Source: a bacterium
GTDB lineage: Bacteria; Margulisbacteria; Marinamargulisbacteria; GCA-2716485; GCA-002719695
Reading direction: 5' to 3'
DNA length: 51,104 nt
Assembly: GCA_002719695.1 (NCBI GenBank)
Contig: PBEQ01000027.1
Span: forward strand, 1 to 51,104
Shown here: one piece after another, positions 34,240 through 44,373 of the stretch
Layout: the number at the start of each line of letters is the position of its first letter
Numbering within the stretch: position 1 is the first letter of the stretch
Translations under genes and position numbers: made by a program
Notes under the pieces: model-generated
Seen by the model: only the letters and a program-made list of their open reading frames with translations
Told to the model about the DNA's origin: nothing
Databases searched by the model: none

Positions 34240-37200
34240 ATGGCAAATAAATTAACTCAAGATCAAATTGATTCTCATAAAGTTATGCTTGAGACAGCAT
34301 TATCCAAAAAATTTTCGGATAATCCTCTTTTATCACAATTTAGTCAATGTTACTTAAAATCACTCCCTGCTAAATCACTGCAACATGAAACCACAAGTAA
34401 CTTACAGAGTTTTATTGAAGATCAGTTTAATCATTTTATTCGTGTTATTGAATCATCTGAAAAAAAAGAATTAACTATTACTCCAGTTACAAAACATAAA
34501 TTAAACATATCCATTATTTCTCCAGATGCTTTTTATCTTATTTTTACCTTAGAAAATATCTTTAAACAATTCAATATGGTTATTACAAAATTTTACCATC
34601 CTCTATTATCTGTTTATATTAACAAAAAGAATAAAGTAGTTCTGATTGATTATCCAAATCAAGATAGTTTGCGTTATTCGATCTGTTACATTGAATGCGC
34701 ATTTGATACGTTAACTGTATCTATTGATGATCTTAAAAAAGAAATTTTAAAACGTATTTATGCTGTATCAAGCATAACTCGTGATCAGAATGCTATTTTA
34801 AAGAAACTATCCTCAGTTCAAAATGATGTTGCTAAAGTACCAACACCAAAAATTGATTTTCATACTGAATGGGTAGAAGTTTTAGATTGGCTATCTAGCG
34901 ATAATTTTTCGTTTTTTGGTTATGCAGAATTTAACATTCATGAAACCGCCAAACGTACCCAAATTACAGTGAATAAAAGTCAACAATTTGGGTTGTTATC
35001 GAAAGATTACCTTACTTATTCAGAATCAAAGCTATTGGATGTTACCAAAGATCAAGTTAAGTTAAGAGTTGATTATCGATCACCGTACGTAATAGACTCT
35101 TTACGCTTTAAAAGTCCTGTCAAACGATTTGAAAATTTAATGAGAATTAGCCTTAAAATACCTACAGAAAAAAATAAATGGGTTAATTATAATTTTATTG
35201 GACTGTTAAAGAGAAGTTCTTTGTTAGCTAAAAATACTGAAACGCCAATTATAAAATTAAAAATAAAAAAAATTATTGAAAACAAACGTTTTTGGAAAGG
35301 AAGTCATCAATATAATCAAACCATTCGTCTTCTAAATGATGTTCCTAAAATTGAGTTATTTAAAACGCCTACAGAAAATATGCAACAAATTGTTGAAAAC
35401 TTGTTATCTATTACAAATCCTAACGATATTGCGTTTTTTACACGAAGTAAAATTGATAAATCAAAGTTATTTCTATTAGGCATTATTCCTAATAATGTAT
35501 TTTCAGAACAAACTATAAAAAAGGTAATTCAATATTTAACCGAAACAATTCCTCATCACGGCTATGAGTATCTGATTATTCCAGGTGAATTATTTGCGAG
35601 ACTTCATATCTATTTTGACCAGCCTCATTTACCAGATTTTCATCCTGATTTAAGTAAAATTGAAAATGATATTATTAACTTACTCAAATCTTGGGATGAA
35701 AGATTAAAAGAAGAACTTGAAAAAAAGTTTTCAAAGCGAAAAAGCGAAGCATTATTTCAACACTATTTTAATTTATTTCCAGAACATCATAAAATTAGAC
35801 GCACACCTGAGCATACCATTTTGGATATTGAGTTATTTGAACAAGCAAATAAAACTAAACAAATAGAATTTAATCTAATTCCATTTGTGTTTAAGGATTC
35901 ATTATTATCTGGTAAAGCATCCTTACTTAATATTTATTATTACGAAAAAATTGACCTTTTTCAATTTATTCCAATTTTTCAAAACTTAAATATTTATTTT
36001 TTTGATGAACTTACAACACGTGTTGGATCGCTCACAAAAATGATTGGTTATATTCATGCCTTTCGAATTAAGTTTTTAGAAAACTCATCTTACTCACCTT
36101 CTTTTGATAGCTTTAAACCTCGCTTTTTGAACCTGCTCAAAGCTATTTTTAGCCATAAGCTACCGAATGATCCACTTAATGGGTTGCTTAGTTGCACAGA
36201 ATTATCCTGGAAACATATTTTTGTATTACAAGCATATCGTAATTACTTAATTCAACTAAAGCCAAATTATACTAAAGACAAAATAGATAAAACGTTGATT
36301 AAACACCGTTTTCCAACCGAGCATTTAATTACTTATTTCTTTGAAAAATTTAAATATGATGAATCGAACACGCCATCCTCAAAGCATCATCAATTGTGTG
36401 AAAATCGTGAAAAACAGTTTTTTGATTCCTTATCATCGGTATCTGATATTGATGAAGATTTTATTTTTAAATGGCTTTTTAGTTTAATTAAACATACCCT
36501 TCGTACAAATTATTTTCAGCATGAACTTGAAACATCTCAGTTACTTAGTTTAAAAATTGATGGTCAAGCTATTATTTCACACCAGGAGAAAACATTTCGA
36601 GAAATTTTTGTTTTTCATCCCGATATGGAAGGTATCCATATTCGTTATGGCTTGGTATCTCGTGGTGGCATTCGATGGTCAAGCCGCTTAAATGATTTTC
36701 GAAGTGAAGTTTTGGGCTTAGCTACCACTCAACGAGTTAAAAATGTTGTTATTGTTCCTAATGGATCAAAAGGTGGTTTTGTTATTAAAAAAAATGTAGC
36801 AAGTCATGATGCTATGGAAGAATCAAAACGACACTACCAATTATTTATTAGAGGGTTACTATCTGTTACCGACAATACAACACCAGATAATATCATTATT
36901 AAACCCAATCAGGTTATTTGTTATGATGAAGATGATCCTTACTTGGTTGTGGCGGCAGATAAAGGAACGGCTTCTTTTTCAGATTTTGCTAATGAAATTT
37001 CTCATGATCATTCGTTTTGGCTTGATGATGCCTTTGCTTCTGGAGGTAGTAATGGCTTTAATCATAAAGATTTAGGTATTACCGCTAAAGGTGCTTGGGA
37101 ATGTGTTAAGTTGCATTTTAAAGAGCTTAATAAAGATATTGATAAAGAACCTTTCACGTGTGTTGGTATTGGCGATATGTCAGGAGATGTCTTTGGTAAT

Positions 37201-38964
37201 GGGATGTTATTATCTAAACAAACTAAATTAATTGCTGCTTTCAATCATATTCATATATTTATTGATCCTAATCCAAAGCCATTACAAAGTTGGACAGAAA
37301 GACAGCGTTTATTTAATTTACCAAAATCAACATGGAAAGATTATAATCCAGCCCTTATTAGTGAGGGCGGTGGTGTTTATGATCGAGCAGCAAAAAATAT
37401 AGTAATATCGAAAGAAGCACAAACCATGCTTGGTTTACAAACAAATAGTTTAAATGGATCTGAACTCATTAATGCCATTTTAAAATGCCAGGTTGAACTA
37501 TTATGGTTTGCTGGTATTGGCACCTATATTAAAGGATATGATCAATCTCATGCTTTTGTGAGTGATTTAGCAAATGACTCTGTGAGAATAAATGCCAATG
37601 AATGCCAGGCAACCATCATTGGTGAAGGTGCCAATTTAGCGATTACGCAACATGCACGATTTTATTTAAGTGAAAATTCTGTAAAATTAAATACAGATTT
37701 TATTGATAACTCTGCTGGAGTAAATATCTCTGATTATGAAGTTAATTTAAAAATATTTCTTCAACATCTGCTTACTAAAAAATCACTAAAAACAGATAAG
37801 CAACGTTCTAAGCTATTAAAAAAATTAGCTAATAATGTCATTGATCTTGTTTTACATAATAATCAATATCAACACCAGCTTATTTCTATGGAAGAATTAC
37901 GTTCACAACAGACTATTTTTCCTTATCAAACACTTATTAATACGTTTATTCAACAAGGTATTATTAATCCAAAAATAGATGCTATTCCAAAAGCATCTGA
38001 ATTTGATGAACTAGATAAGAAAAAACTGCCATTGCCACGTCCCCTGCTGGCACAATTACAGTCTTTGGTAAAACTTGAGGTATCTGAATCCTTATTACAA
38101 AGTTCTTATTTAATGCATCCCATCTATGAATCACTCTATCTCTCCTATTTTCCAACACATGTTACCAAAACGTATGCAGATGATATTTTTGATCATCCAT
38201 TACGAAAAGAAATAACTGCTACAGCCCTTACTAACTATTGTATTAATCATGCTGGCATTTTATCGATTAACTTTATGAAAGAAGTTAGTGGCAAACCAAT
38301 TGATGTGGTAGCAAATGCCTATTATTGTTTTAACCAACTTTTTTCTTGTGATACCAAACGTACTCAAATTTTAGCTTCAAAAAAATCCTATACCGATAAA
38401 TACGCGTTATTAATTGCTATTGAGGATTATCTGAAACATATGGTTTTAGATGCATTATTACTTACAAAAACACCTTTTTCTTTAGATAATTTTGAACTCA
38501 TTACAAACTCTCACAAACAATTCCTTGAAAATGATACATCCATGATAGAGCAATCCACTTCAACGCTTTATTTAAGCGCCCGAAACTTTATTCCTTTTTA
38601 TAGTATTTATCAAACTATTTCAGAGTCACAGAAAACAACCTTATTTGAATCTATTAATGTTATTTACGAGTATTTTAAGTTTGAAGATTTACTATCTATG
38701 TTAGATAGCACAACCTTATTATCGACATGGGAAGTTGAACAACATAAATTACTACATCAAAAATTATCACAACAAAAATTAGCCATTATTACCCACTGTA
38801 TTACCCACTGCCAAGATCCTAATGGGGTTACAGAACCATTCATAAAATCAATGTATAATGACCATTTAGCGTCTTATAAACATGATATGACATCCTTAAT
38901 TGGCGTTGATTCAATTTCACTATCTGCTATTGCAGTGGTTGTGAATAAATTGACATTGATTTGA
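34240..38964 (+). CDS. gdhB: NAD-specific glutamate dehydrogenase, large (about 180 kDa, Bac_GDH) form
   Basis: A 1574-aa protein. The catalytic core has RGGIRWSSRLNDFRSEVLGLATTQRVKNVVIVPNGSKGGFV, VVAADKGTA and GDMSGDVFGNGML. Confidence 0.9.
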   Translation: MANKLTQDQIDSHKVMLETALSKKFSDNPLLSQFSQCYLKSLPAKSLQHETTSNLQSFIEDQFNHFIRVIESSEKKELTITPVTKHKLNISIISPDAFYLIFTLENIFKQFNMVITKFYHPLLSVYINKKNKVVLIDYPNQDSLRYSICYIECAFDTLTVSIDDLKKEILKRIYAVSSITRDQNAILKKLSSVQNDVAKVPTPKIDFHTEWVEVLDWLSSDNFSFFGYAEFNIHETAKRTQITVNKSQQFGLLSKDYLTYSESKLLDVTKDQVKLRVDYRSPYVIDSLRFKSPVKRFENLMRISLKIPTEKNKWVNYNFIGLLKRSSLLAKNTETPIIKLKIKKIIENKRFWKGSHQYNQTIRLLNDVPKIELFKTPTENMQQIVENLLSITNPNDIAFFTRSKIDKSKLFLLGIIPNNVFSEQTIKKVIQYLTETIPHHGYEYLIIPGELFARLHIYFDQPHLPDFHPDLSKIENDIINLLKSWDERLKEELEKKFSKRKSEALFQHYFNLFPEHHKIRRTPEHTILDIELFEQANKTKQIEFNLIPFVFKDSLLSGKASLLNIYYYEKIDLFQFIPIFQNLNIYFFDELTTRVGSLTKMIGYIHAFRIKFLENSSYSPSFDSFKPRFLNLLKAIFSHKLPNDPLNGLLSCTELSWKHIFVLQAYRNYLIQLKPNYTKDKIDKTLIKHRFPTEHLITYFFEKFKYDESNTPSSKHHQLCENREKQFFDSLSSVSDIDEDFIFKWLFSLIKHTLRTNYFQHELETSQLLSLKIDGQAIISHQEKTFREIFVFHPDMEGIHIRYGLVSRGGIRWSSRLNDFRSEVLGLATTQRVKNVVIVPNGSKGGFVIKKNVASHDAMEESKRHYQLFIRGLLSVTDNTTPDNIIIKPNQVICYDEDDPYLVVAADKGTASFSDFANEISHDHSFWLDDAFASGGSNGFNHKDLGITAKGAWECVKLHFKELNKDIDKEPFTCVGIGDMSGDVFGNGMLLSKQTKLIAAFNHIHIFIDPNPKPLQSWTERQRLFNLPKSTWKDYNPALISEGGGVYDRAAKNIVISKEAQTMLGLQTNSLNGSELINAILKCQVELLWFAGIGTYIKGYDQSHAFVSDLANDSVRINANECQATIIGEGANLAITQHARFYLSENSVKLNTDFIDNSAGVNISDYEVNLKIFLQHLLTKKSLKTDKQRSKLLKKLANNVIDLVLHNNQYQHQLISMEELRSQQTIFPYQTLINTFIQQGIINPKIDAIPKASEFDELDKKKLPLPRPLLAQLQSLVKLEVSESLLQSSYLMHPIYESLYLSYFPTHVTKTYADDIFDHPLRKEITATALTNYCINHAGILSINFMKEVSGKPIDVVANAYYCFNQLFSCDTKRTQILASKKSYTDKYALLIAIEDYLKHMVLDALLLTKTPFSLDNFELITNSHKQFLENDTSMIEQSTSTLYLSARNFIPFYSIYQTISESQKTTLFESINVIYEYFKFEDLLSMLDSTTLLSTWEVEQHKLLHQKLSQQKLAIITHCITHCQDPNGVTEPFIKSMYNDHLASYKHDMTSLIGVDSISLSAIAVVVNKLTLI

Positions 38965-39052
38965 AATCTTAGATACACTCACTCGTTCAAGGCTCTTTTT
39001 TAGACACCAAGAATTTATTTGACTTTTAATTATGTTTGATTATAAATTTTTA

Positions 39053-39205
39053 CTAATTCTTAGAAATATAAGCCTTCATCTCTTTTAAGGCTTCTTTAGC
39101 AATATGAGATTGATTTTTAATAGCATCAACACGAATAAAAAACACACCTTCTAGAATAAGGACTTCCTTTGAAGATTCTTTTTTATTATTTTTACCTGAC
39201 TGCAC
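39053..39205 (-). CDS. Unannotated small ORF (50 aa): (M)QSGKNNKKESSKEVLILEGVFFIRVDAIKNQSHIAKEALKEMKAYISKN
   Basis: The GTG start is preceded by an AAGGAG SD with a 7-nt spacer. It lies in the gdh-miaA intergenic region and falls below the track cut-off. Confidence 0.4.
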   Translation of the reverse strand: MQSGKNNKKESSKEVLILEGVFFIRVDAIKNQSHIAKEALKEMKAYISKN

Positions 39206-39286
39206 CCTTTTACTCCTTAACTAATTACAATTAGTGTATATTGATTACTTAATGTAAAATTACCGAAAAATAAGGATTTTAAAACA

Positions 39287-40165
39287 TTGAATTTTTGTGA
39301 TGCAAATTTTGATAACCCTATTATTTATATCATTGGTCCAACAGGCATTGGTAAATCTAGCCTTGCACTACGCTTAGCAAAGCACCTTAATACCGATATT
39401 ATTTCCGCAGATTCTTATCAAGTTTATAAGGGGATGGATATTGGAACCGCCAAAGTCAGCTTAGACGATCGCAATGAAGTCCCTCATCATCTGATTGATA
39501 CCCATTTACCAAGCGATCCTTATACTGTCATTGATTTTATGAGATATTGTAAAAAGACTTTAGAATCTGGTGAACAAATCATTATTTGTGGAGGGAATGG
39601 TCTTTTTTTACGATCGTTTATTTATAATTATCAATTTCCAAAAGCAAAAAGTAATCCTGACATTCGTAATACGTTAATTCATGATTATGAAACAGGTAAA
39701 AAACAGTCCCTTTGGAACCAATTAAATAGCGTAGATCCAACCTCTGCGACAACGATTCATGTTAACAATAAACATCAGCTTATTAGAGCTCTTGAAATAT
39801 ACCTAATTACTAACAAAGCTCCCTCTAAAATAAAACAAAAACAACCCAAACCAAGACAAGATGTAACTATTATAGGTTTAACCAATGATAGAAGTGTGGT
39901 AACAGAACGTATAGATAAACGAGTTGATACAATGATTAAGCAAGGTCTTATAGAGGAAGTTAAGCATCTTTTGGAGCAAGGATATAAACCTTCCCTACCT
40001 GCTTTAAATTGTATTGGTTACAAAGAAACGATTAGCTATTTAAATGGTGGTATATCACAAGCTGAAATGATAGACTTAATAAAAGTTCATACGCATCAAT
40101 TTTCAAAACGTCAAATGACATTGTTTAAAAAAATAGAAAATGTTTTCTGGAAAATTACAAATTAA
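39287..40165 (+). CDS. miaA: tRNA dimethylallyltransferase
   Basis: Contains the P-loop IIGPTGIGKSSLALRLA and SADSYQVYKGMDIGTAK. The start codon is TTG. Confidence 0.9.
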   Translation: MNFCDANFDNPIIYIIGPTGIGKSSLALRLAKHLNTDIISADSYQVYKGMDIGTAKVSLDDRNEVPHHLIDTHLPSDPYTVIDFMRYCKKTLESGEQIIICGGNGLFLRSFIYNYQFPKAKSNPDIRNTLIHDYETGKKQSLWNQLNSVDPTSATTIHVNNKHQLIRALEIYLITNKAPSKIKQKQPKPRQDVTIIGLTNDRSVVTERIDKRVDTMIKQGLIEEVKHLLEQGYKPSLPALNCIGYKETISYLNGGISQAEMIDLIKVHTHQFSKRQMTLFKKIENVFWKITN

Positions 40166-42233
40166 TAGTAATGTTTTTAAACAATATGCGATTTATGGCT
40201 TATTAGCCTTAGCGGTTGTTTTAAATACAGCGATTATCTATAGCCCCTATATTCCTCAAAACATTGACCTTAAGATTAATGATGTTGCTATAACAACCAT
40301 TACCTCGCCACGTTACCTTGAATTTGAGTCCCGCTTAGATGCTTTGGTTAATAAAAAAGCAGAAGAAAAAATTGCTAATAGAATTACACCTATCTACTCC
40401 ATTAATCAAACAATAAATCAAGCTATTCAAGATAATATTTCATTATTTTTTGATGATCTTTCATCTAATTCGGCTGATCAAATGAGCGTTTATATTTCAC
40501 AAATTTTGTCACCTGAAGATATTATTCTATTGAAACAATTATCTAACAAAACATTTCAAAAATTTCAAACCGATACCCTTGATCTTGTTAAACAATTTTT
40601 ACTAAATGGGATTAAAGACATCAATAATATTGCTATTAAAGATATGCTTTTTCGTTCTTTAGAATCTTATAATACCTCTCTTAAAATGATTTCATATAAA
40701 ATCGTAATACATTATCTACAACCAAACCTTATTATTGATGACAAACAAACCGATCTTATCATTAAACAAGCATTAACATCCTTTAAAAAACAAAAAACTA
40801 TATTTAAACAAGGTCAGCCAATTATCTATGAAGGTGAACGTGTAAAAGAGCAAGAGATTGAAGTATTTAAAGCCCTTAATATGTATAATACTAAAGCTAG
40901 TTATATTGAGTTAATTGGAATATTTATTTTTACAGCTTTAAGCATACTTGTTTTAGAACGTTTTATTTTTAATTTTTATAAGAAAGCTTATACGATTAAA
41001 CACATTTCTTTAATGTTATTAATTTTAACATCCTTAGTTTTAATTGGTCGCTTAAGTATTTTTAGCAGCTATATTCCGTCTGATATTCTGGTATATCTTT
41101 TAATTCCTATCTCTATTTCATCGATGCTACTGACATTTTTAGTGTCTTCTAATATTGCTTTAATTACAGGAAGTTTAATTAGTATTTTTATAGGGCTTCT
41201 ATTTAGAATGGATTTTCATGCTTTTATATTTTTATTTTTAAATACCTGTTTTTCAACCTTTGTTGTTTTAAAATCATATAAACGGTCTGATTTAATTATT
41301 TCAGGATATATTATTGGCCTATTTAATATTCTTTGTGTTGCTGCTATTGGGTCTTTATCAAAAGAAATTAGTTATGCCTGGTATGGTTATAATGCTTTAT
41401 TTGCATTTGGAAATGGTGTTTTTTCAGCAATGGTTACCCTTGCTATTTTACCCTATTTTGAACTCTTATTTAAAATAACGACCAATCAAACCTTACTAGA
41501 ATTAGCAAATTTAAATCATCCTTTAATGAAGCGTCTTATGATGGATGCGCCAGGAACGTATCAACATAGTATGATGGTTGCTAATTTATCTGAAACTGCA
41601 GCAGAAGTCATTGGCGCAAATAATATCTTGTGTCGAGTAGGCAGTTATTTTCATGATATTGGAAAATTAAAACGACCGATATTTTTCTCAGAAAACCAAT
41701 TTACAGAAGATAACCCCCATGAAACAATTGCTCCACGAATTAGTAAAATGATTATCTTGTCTCATGTTAAAGAAGGTGTTGAACTTGCAATTAAACATAA
41801 ACTTCCATCGGTTCTTAAAGATCTTATAGAACAACATCATGGCACATCGTTACTATCTTTATTTTATACCCAAGCCATTTCAAAAGAAGGAGAAGTTCCT
41901 AGTACTGATGATGAATTTCGTTATCCTGGACCAAAGCCTCAAACTAAAGAGGCTGGTATAATTATGCTTGCAGATTCAGTCGAAGCTGCAACACGTTCTA
42001 TTGAAAAACCAACCCCACAAAAAATTGAAAATATGATCAATAAAATTTTTAAAGATAAATTAGATGATTTACAACTATCAGAATGCCCGTTAAGTCTTAA
42101 TGAAGTATTTATGATTAAATCTAGTTTTTTATATTTTTTTAGAGGTGCCCAACATAGTCGTGTTGATTATGTAAAAGAATTAGAGAAACTGGGTTCTCAA
42201 AACCTGCCTGCTAAATCTACCCCTATCTCTTAA
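40140..42233 (+). CDS. pgpH: 7TM-HD membrane phosphohydrolase (PgpH/YqfF family, cyclic-di-AMP phosphodiesterase-like)
   Basis: An extracellular 7TMR-HDED region is followed by seven TM segments and an HD domain (GTYQHSMMVANL..., YFHDIGKLKRP, EQHHGT). Confidence 0.85.
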   Translation: MFSGKLQINSNVFKQYAIYGLLALAVVLNTAIIYSPYIPQNIDLKINDVAITTITSPRYLEFESRLDALVNKKAEEKIANRITPIYSINQTINQAIQDNISLFFDDLSSNSADQMSVYISQILSPEDIILLKQLSNKTFQKFQTDTLDLVKQFLLNGIKDINNIAIKDMLFRSLESYNTSLKMISYKIVIHYLQPNLIIDDKQTDLIIKQALTSFKKQKTIFKQGQPIIYEGERVKEQEIEVFKALNMYNTKASYIELIGIFIFTALSILVLERFIFNFYKKAYTIKHISLMLLILTSLVLIGRLSIFSSYIPSDILVYLLIPISISSMLLTFLVSSNIALITGSLISIFIGLLFRMDFHAFIFLFLNTCFSTFVVLKSYKRSDLIISGYIIGLFNILCVAAIGSLSKEISYAWYGYNALFAFGNGVFSAMVTLAILPYFELLFKITTNQTLLELANLNHPLMKRLMMDAPGTYQHSMMVANLSETAAEVIGANNILCRVGSYFHDIGKLKRPIFFSENQFTEDNPHETIAPRISKMIILSHVKEGVELAIKHKLPSVLKDLIEQHHGTSLLSLFYTQAISKEGEVPSTDDEFRYPGPKPQTKEAGIIMLADSVEAATRSIEKPTPQKIENMINKIFKDKLDDLQLSECPLSLNEVFMIKSSFLYFFRGAQHSRVDYVKELEKLGSQNLPAKSTPIS

Positions 42234-42237
42234 AATA

Positions 42238-42666
42238 ATGAGTGTAGCAGTATCTATCAATGATGAAACCAATACGTCCTTTAATTTTGATCGATTAACA
42301 TTTATTAAAGTAGCCCTAGATTTAAAATATGTCTCAGAAGGATCTATTGATTTTACGTTTGTTGATGATGATTACATGATATCGCTTCATAAAACATATC
42401 TAAATGATGCAACTCAAACTGATATTATTACATTTAATCTAGAATCCTCTATAAAACCGTTAGGTGATATTTATATTTGCGTTGATGAGGTTAAACGTAA
42501 TGCAGACCATCTAAAAACAAGCTTTGAAAATGAAATTAAACATTTAATCTTACATGGTATTTTACATTTGATTGGTTACACAGATTATAATCCATTTGAA
42601 AAAACATATATGATTGATGAACAAACTCGGTTAATCACATTAATTCAACAATCAGAGGTTCAATGA
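42238..42666 (+). CDS. ybeY: rRNA maturation endoribonuclease YbeY
   Basis: Family-typical length and the motif HLILHGILHLIGYTDY. The third His of the motif is absent; see the finding at 42238-42666. Confidence 0.8.
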   Translation: MSVAVSINDETNTSFNFDRLTFIKVALDLKYVSEGSIDFTFVDDDYMISLHKTYLNDATQTDIITFNLESSIKPLGDIYICVDEVKRNADHLKTSFENEIKHLILHGILHLIGYTDYNPFEKTYMIDEQTRLITLIQQSEVQ

Positions 42667-43049
42667 AACACAAGGCTCTTCCGTATTCTCTAAAATATGC
42701 TTTAAAAGGACTACACTTGGCCATGTGTTATGAAGCTAATTTTCGTATTCAATGTCTTGTCACGTGTTTTGTAATTATTGCTGGTTTTTTATGTCATCTT
42801 TCAATAATTGAGTGGTGTATTATACTTTTTTGCAATGCAATGGTATTATGTTTGGAATTAATGAATACGTCTATAGAATTTTTAGCTAATTATTGCAAAT
42901 CCAACTATGATTTAAATATAAAAGTTGTCAAAGATATTGCAGCATCAAGTGTGCTGTTAATGAGTATTTTCTCTATTGTTATTGGGGGTCTTATTTTTTT
43001 ACCAAAATGTTTAGTTTTGTTTAAAAGTTGGAAGGTTATACTAAATTGA
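42663..43049 (+). CDS. dgkA: Diacylglycerol/undecaprenol kinase
   Basis: Motifs are EANFRIQ, ELMNTSIEFL and KDIAASSVLL, with three TM segments. Confidence 0.85.
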   Translation: MKHKALPYSLKYALKGLHLAMCYEANFRIQCLVTCFVIIAGFLCHLSIIEWCIILFCNAMVLCLELMNTSIEFLANYCKSNYDLNIKVVKDIAASSVLLMSIFSIVIGGLIFLPKCLVLFKSWKVILN

Positions 43050-44332
43050 ACGATATTTTTATTTTAAAGACTTTAATTTTTATATTCTTTATTTTTATTT
43101 CTGCTTTTTTTTCTGCAGCTGAAACTGCGTTTACTGCAATTAACCGCATCAAGTTACGGTCCATTATTGAAGACAAAAAGAAGCAAGCAAAACATATTGA
43201 GTTTTTATTATTGCACCCAAAAAAGTTACTTACTGCCATTTTAATTGGAAATAATCTAGCAAATATTGCAGCTACAACATTTGCTACTGCTTTTTTTATT
43301 GATCTTTTTCGATCTTTAGGCATTACAAATGCCGCTGCAATACTTAGTATTATAACCGTTTTGGTAACATTTATTTTATTAGTATTTGGTGAAATTACGC
43401 CTAAAACACTTGCTATGAAAAACCCTTCTAAATGGGCGTTTAACATATCATCTGTTATTTATTACATTTATTTAATTGAGTTCCCTTTTATTTGGCTTTT
43501 TTATTCTATTACAAAAGCACTTAGTACTTTACTTGGAATTCCAACATCGAAGTCATCTCAACTGTCAGAAGAAGAAATTAAGTTATTAATTCAATTAGGT
43601 CAAGAAGAAGGTATTTTAGAAAAAGAAGAACAAAAAATGTTACATGGTGTTATCAATGTATTTGATAAAGTCGTTCGAGAAATCATGACTCCGCGAACAG
43701 ACATGGTCTGTTTAGAACGATCTAGTTCTATTGCAGAAGCAATTGATGTAATTCGATCAAAAGGACACTCTCGAATACCCATCTATGAAGAAAAAATTGA
43801 CAACATTGTAGGTTTTGTTTACGCAAAAGATCTATTATATGCAAACTTAGCTAATCAATCTAATTTACTTCATAATTTTATGAGAGAAGCTATCTTTATT
43901 CCAGAAACTAAACAAATTCAGTCGTTGTTACAACTAATGCGTAAGAAAAAGTTTCATTTATCAATTGTAGTTGATGAACATGGTGGCGTTGCTGGACTTG
44001 TAACTATGGAAGATATTATTGAAGAAATTGTAGGAGAAATTCAAGATGAATATGATAATGAAAAACTATCAATTAAGAAGTTAACATCATCCCGCTTTAT
44101 TATTGATGCAGGTGTTAGAGTTGAAGAGTTGTCTGATACACTTGGCTTTGCTTTTCCTGAAGATGAAGATTACGACACGGTAGCTGGGTTTATCTTAGCT
44201 CAAATTGGTTCTTTTCCAAAGAAAAATGATAAAATTTCTTACGAGCATTTTGATTTTATTGTTAGAGATATTAAAAATAGACGAATTATTTCATTTGATG
44301 TGATCATAAATAAAGAAGAAACCAATAGCTAA
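43028..44332 (+). CDS. Hemolysin-family CBS-domain protein (DUF21-CBS-CorC_HlyC; CorC/TlyC-like)
   Basis: Four N-terminal TM segments (DUF21; AAETAFTAINR), a CBS pair (REIMTPRTDM...) and C-terminal VDEHGGVAGLVTMEDIIEEIVGEIQDEYD. Confidence 0.88.
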   Translation: MEGYTKLNDIFILKTLIFIFFIFISAFFSAAETAFTAINRIKLRSIIEDKKKQAKHIEFLLLHPKKLLTAILIGNNLANIAATTFATAFFIDLFRSLGITNAAAILSIITVLVTFILLVFGEITPKTLAMKNPSKWAFNISSVIYYIYLIEFPFIWLFYSITKALSTLLGIPTSKSSQLSEEEIKLLIQLGQEEGILEKEEQKMLHGVINVFDKVVREIMTPRTDMVCLERSSSIAEAIDVIRSKGHSRIPIYEEKIDNIVGFVYAKDLLYANLANQSNLLHNFMREAIFIPETKQIQSLLQLMRKKKFHLSIVVDEHGGVAGLVTMEDIIEEIVGEIQDEYDNEKLSIKKLTSSRFIIDAGVRVEELSDTLGFAFPEDEDYDTVAGFILAQIGSFPKKNDKISYEHFDFIVRDIKNRRIISFDVIINKEETNS

Positions 44333-44373
44333 AACGTTGCTTGATATGGTAGTTGCATTGTATCCTTTACTTA

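Noticed and set aside
43036-43446. The 136-aa antisense ORF within the CBS-domain hemolysin gene, plus similar antisense or alternate-frame track ORFs at 425-631, 3578-3880, 11391-11573, 14046-14264, 14496-14693, 15514-15753, 18772-18981, 19856-20047, 20385-20621, 23488-23688, 24911-25129, 29838-30032, 36806-37075, 37062-37244, 43600-43782, 45744-45947 and 49030-49218.
   Set aside because: Each is fully nested in a longer ORF that has clear family motifs. None has an SD or a recognisable domain.
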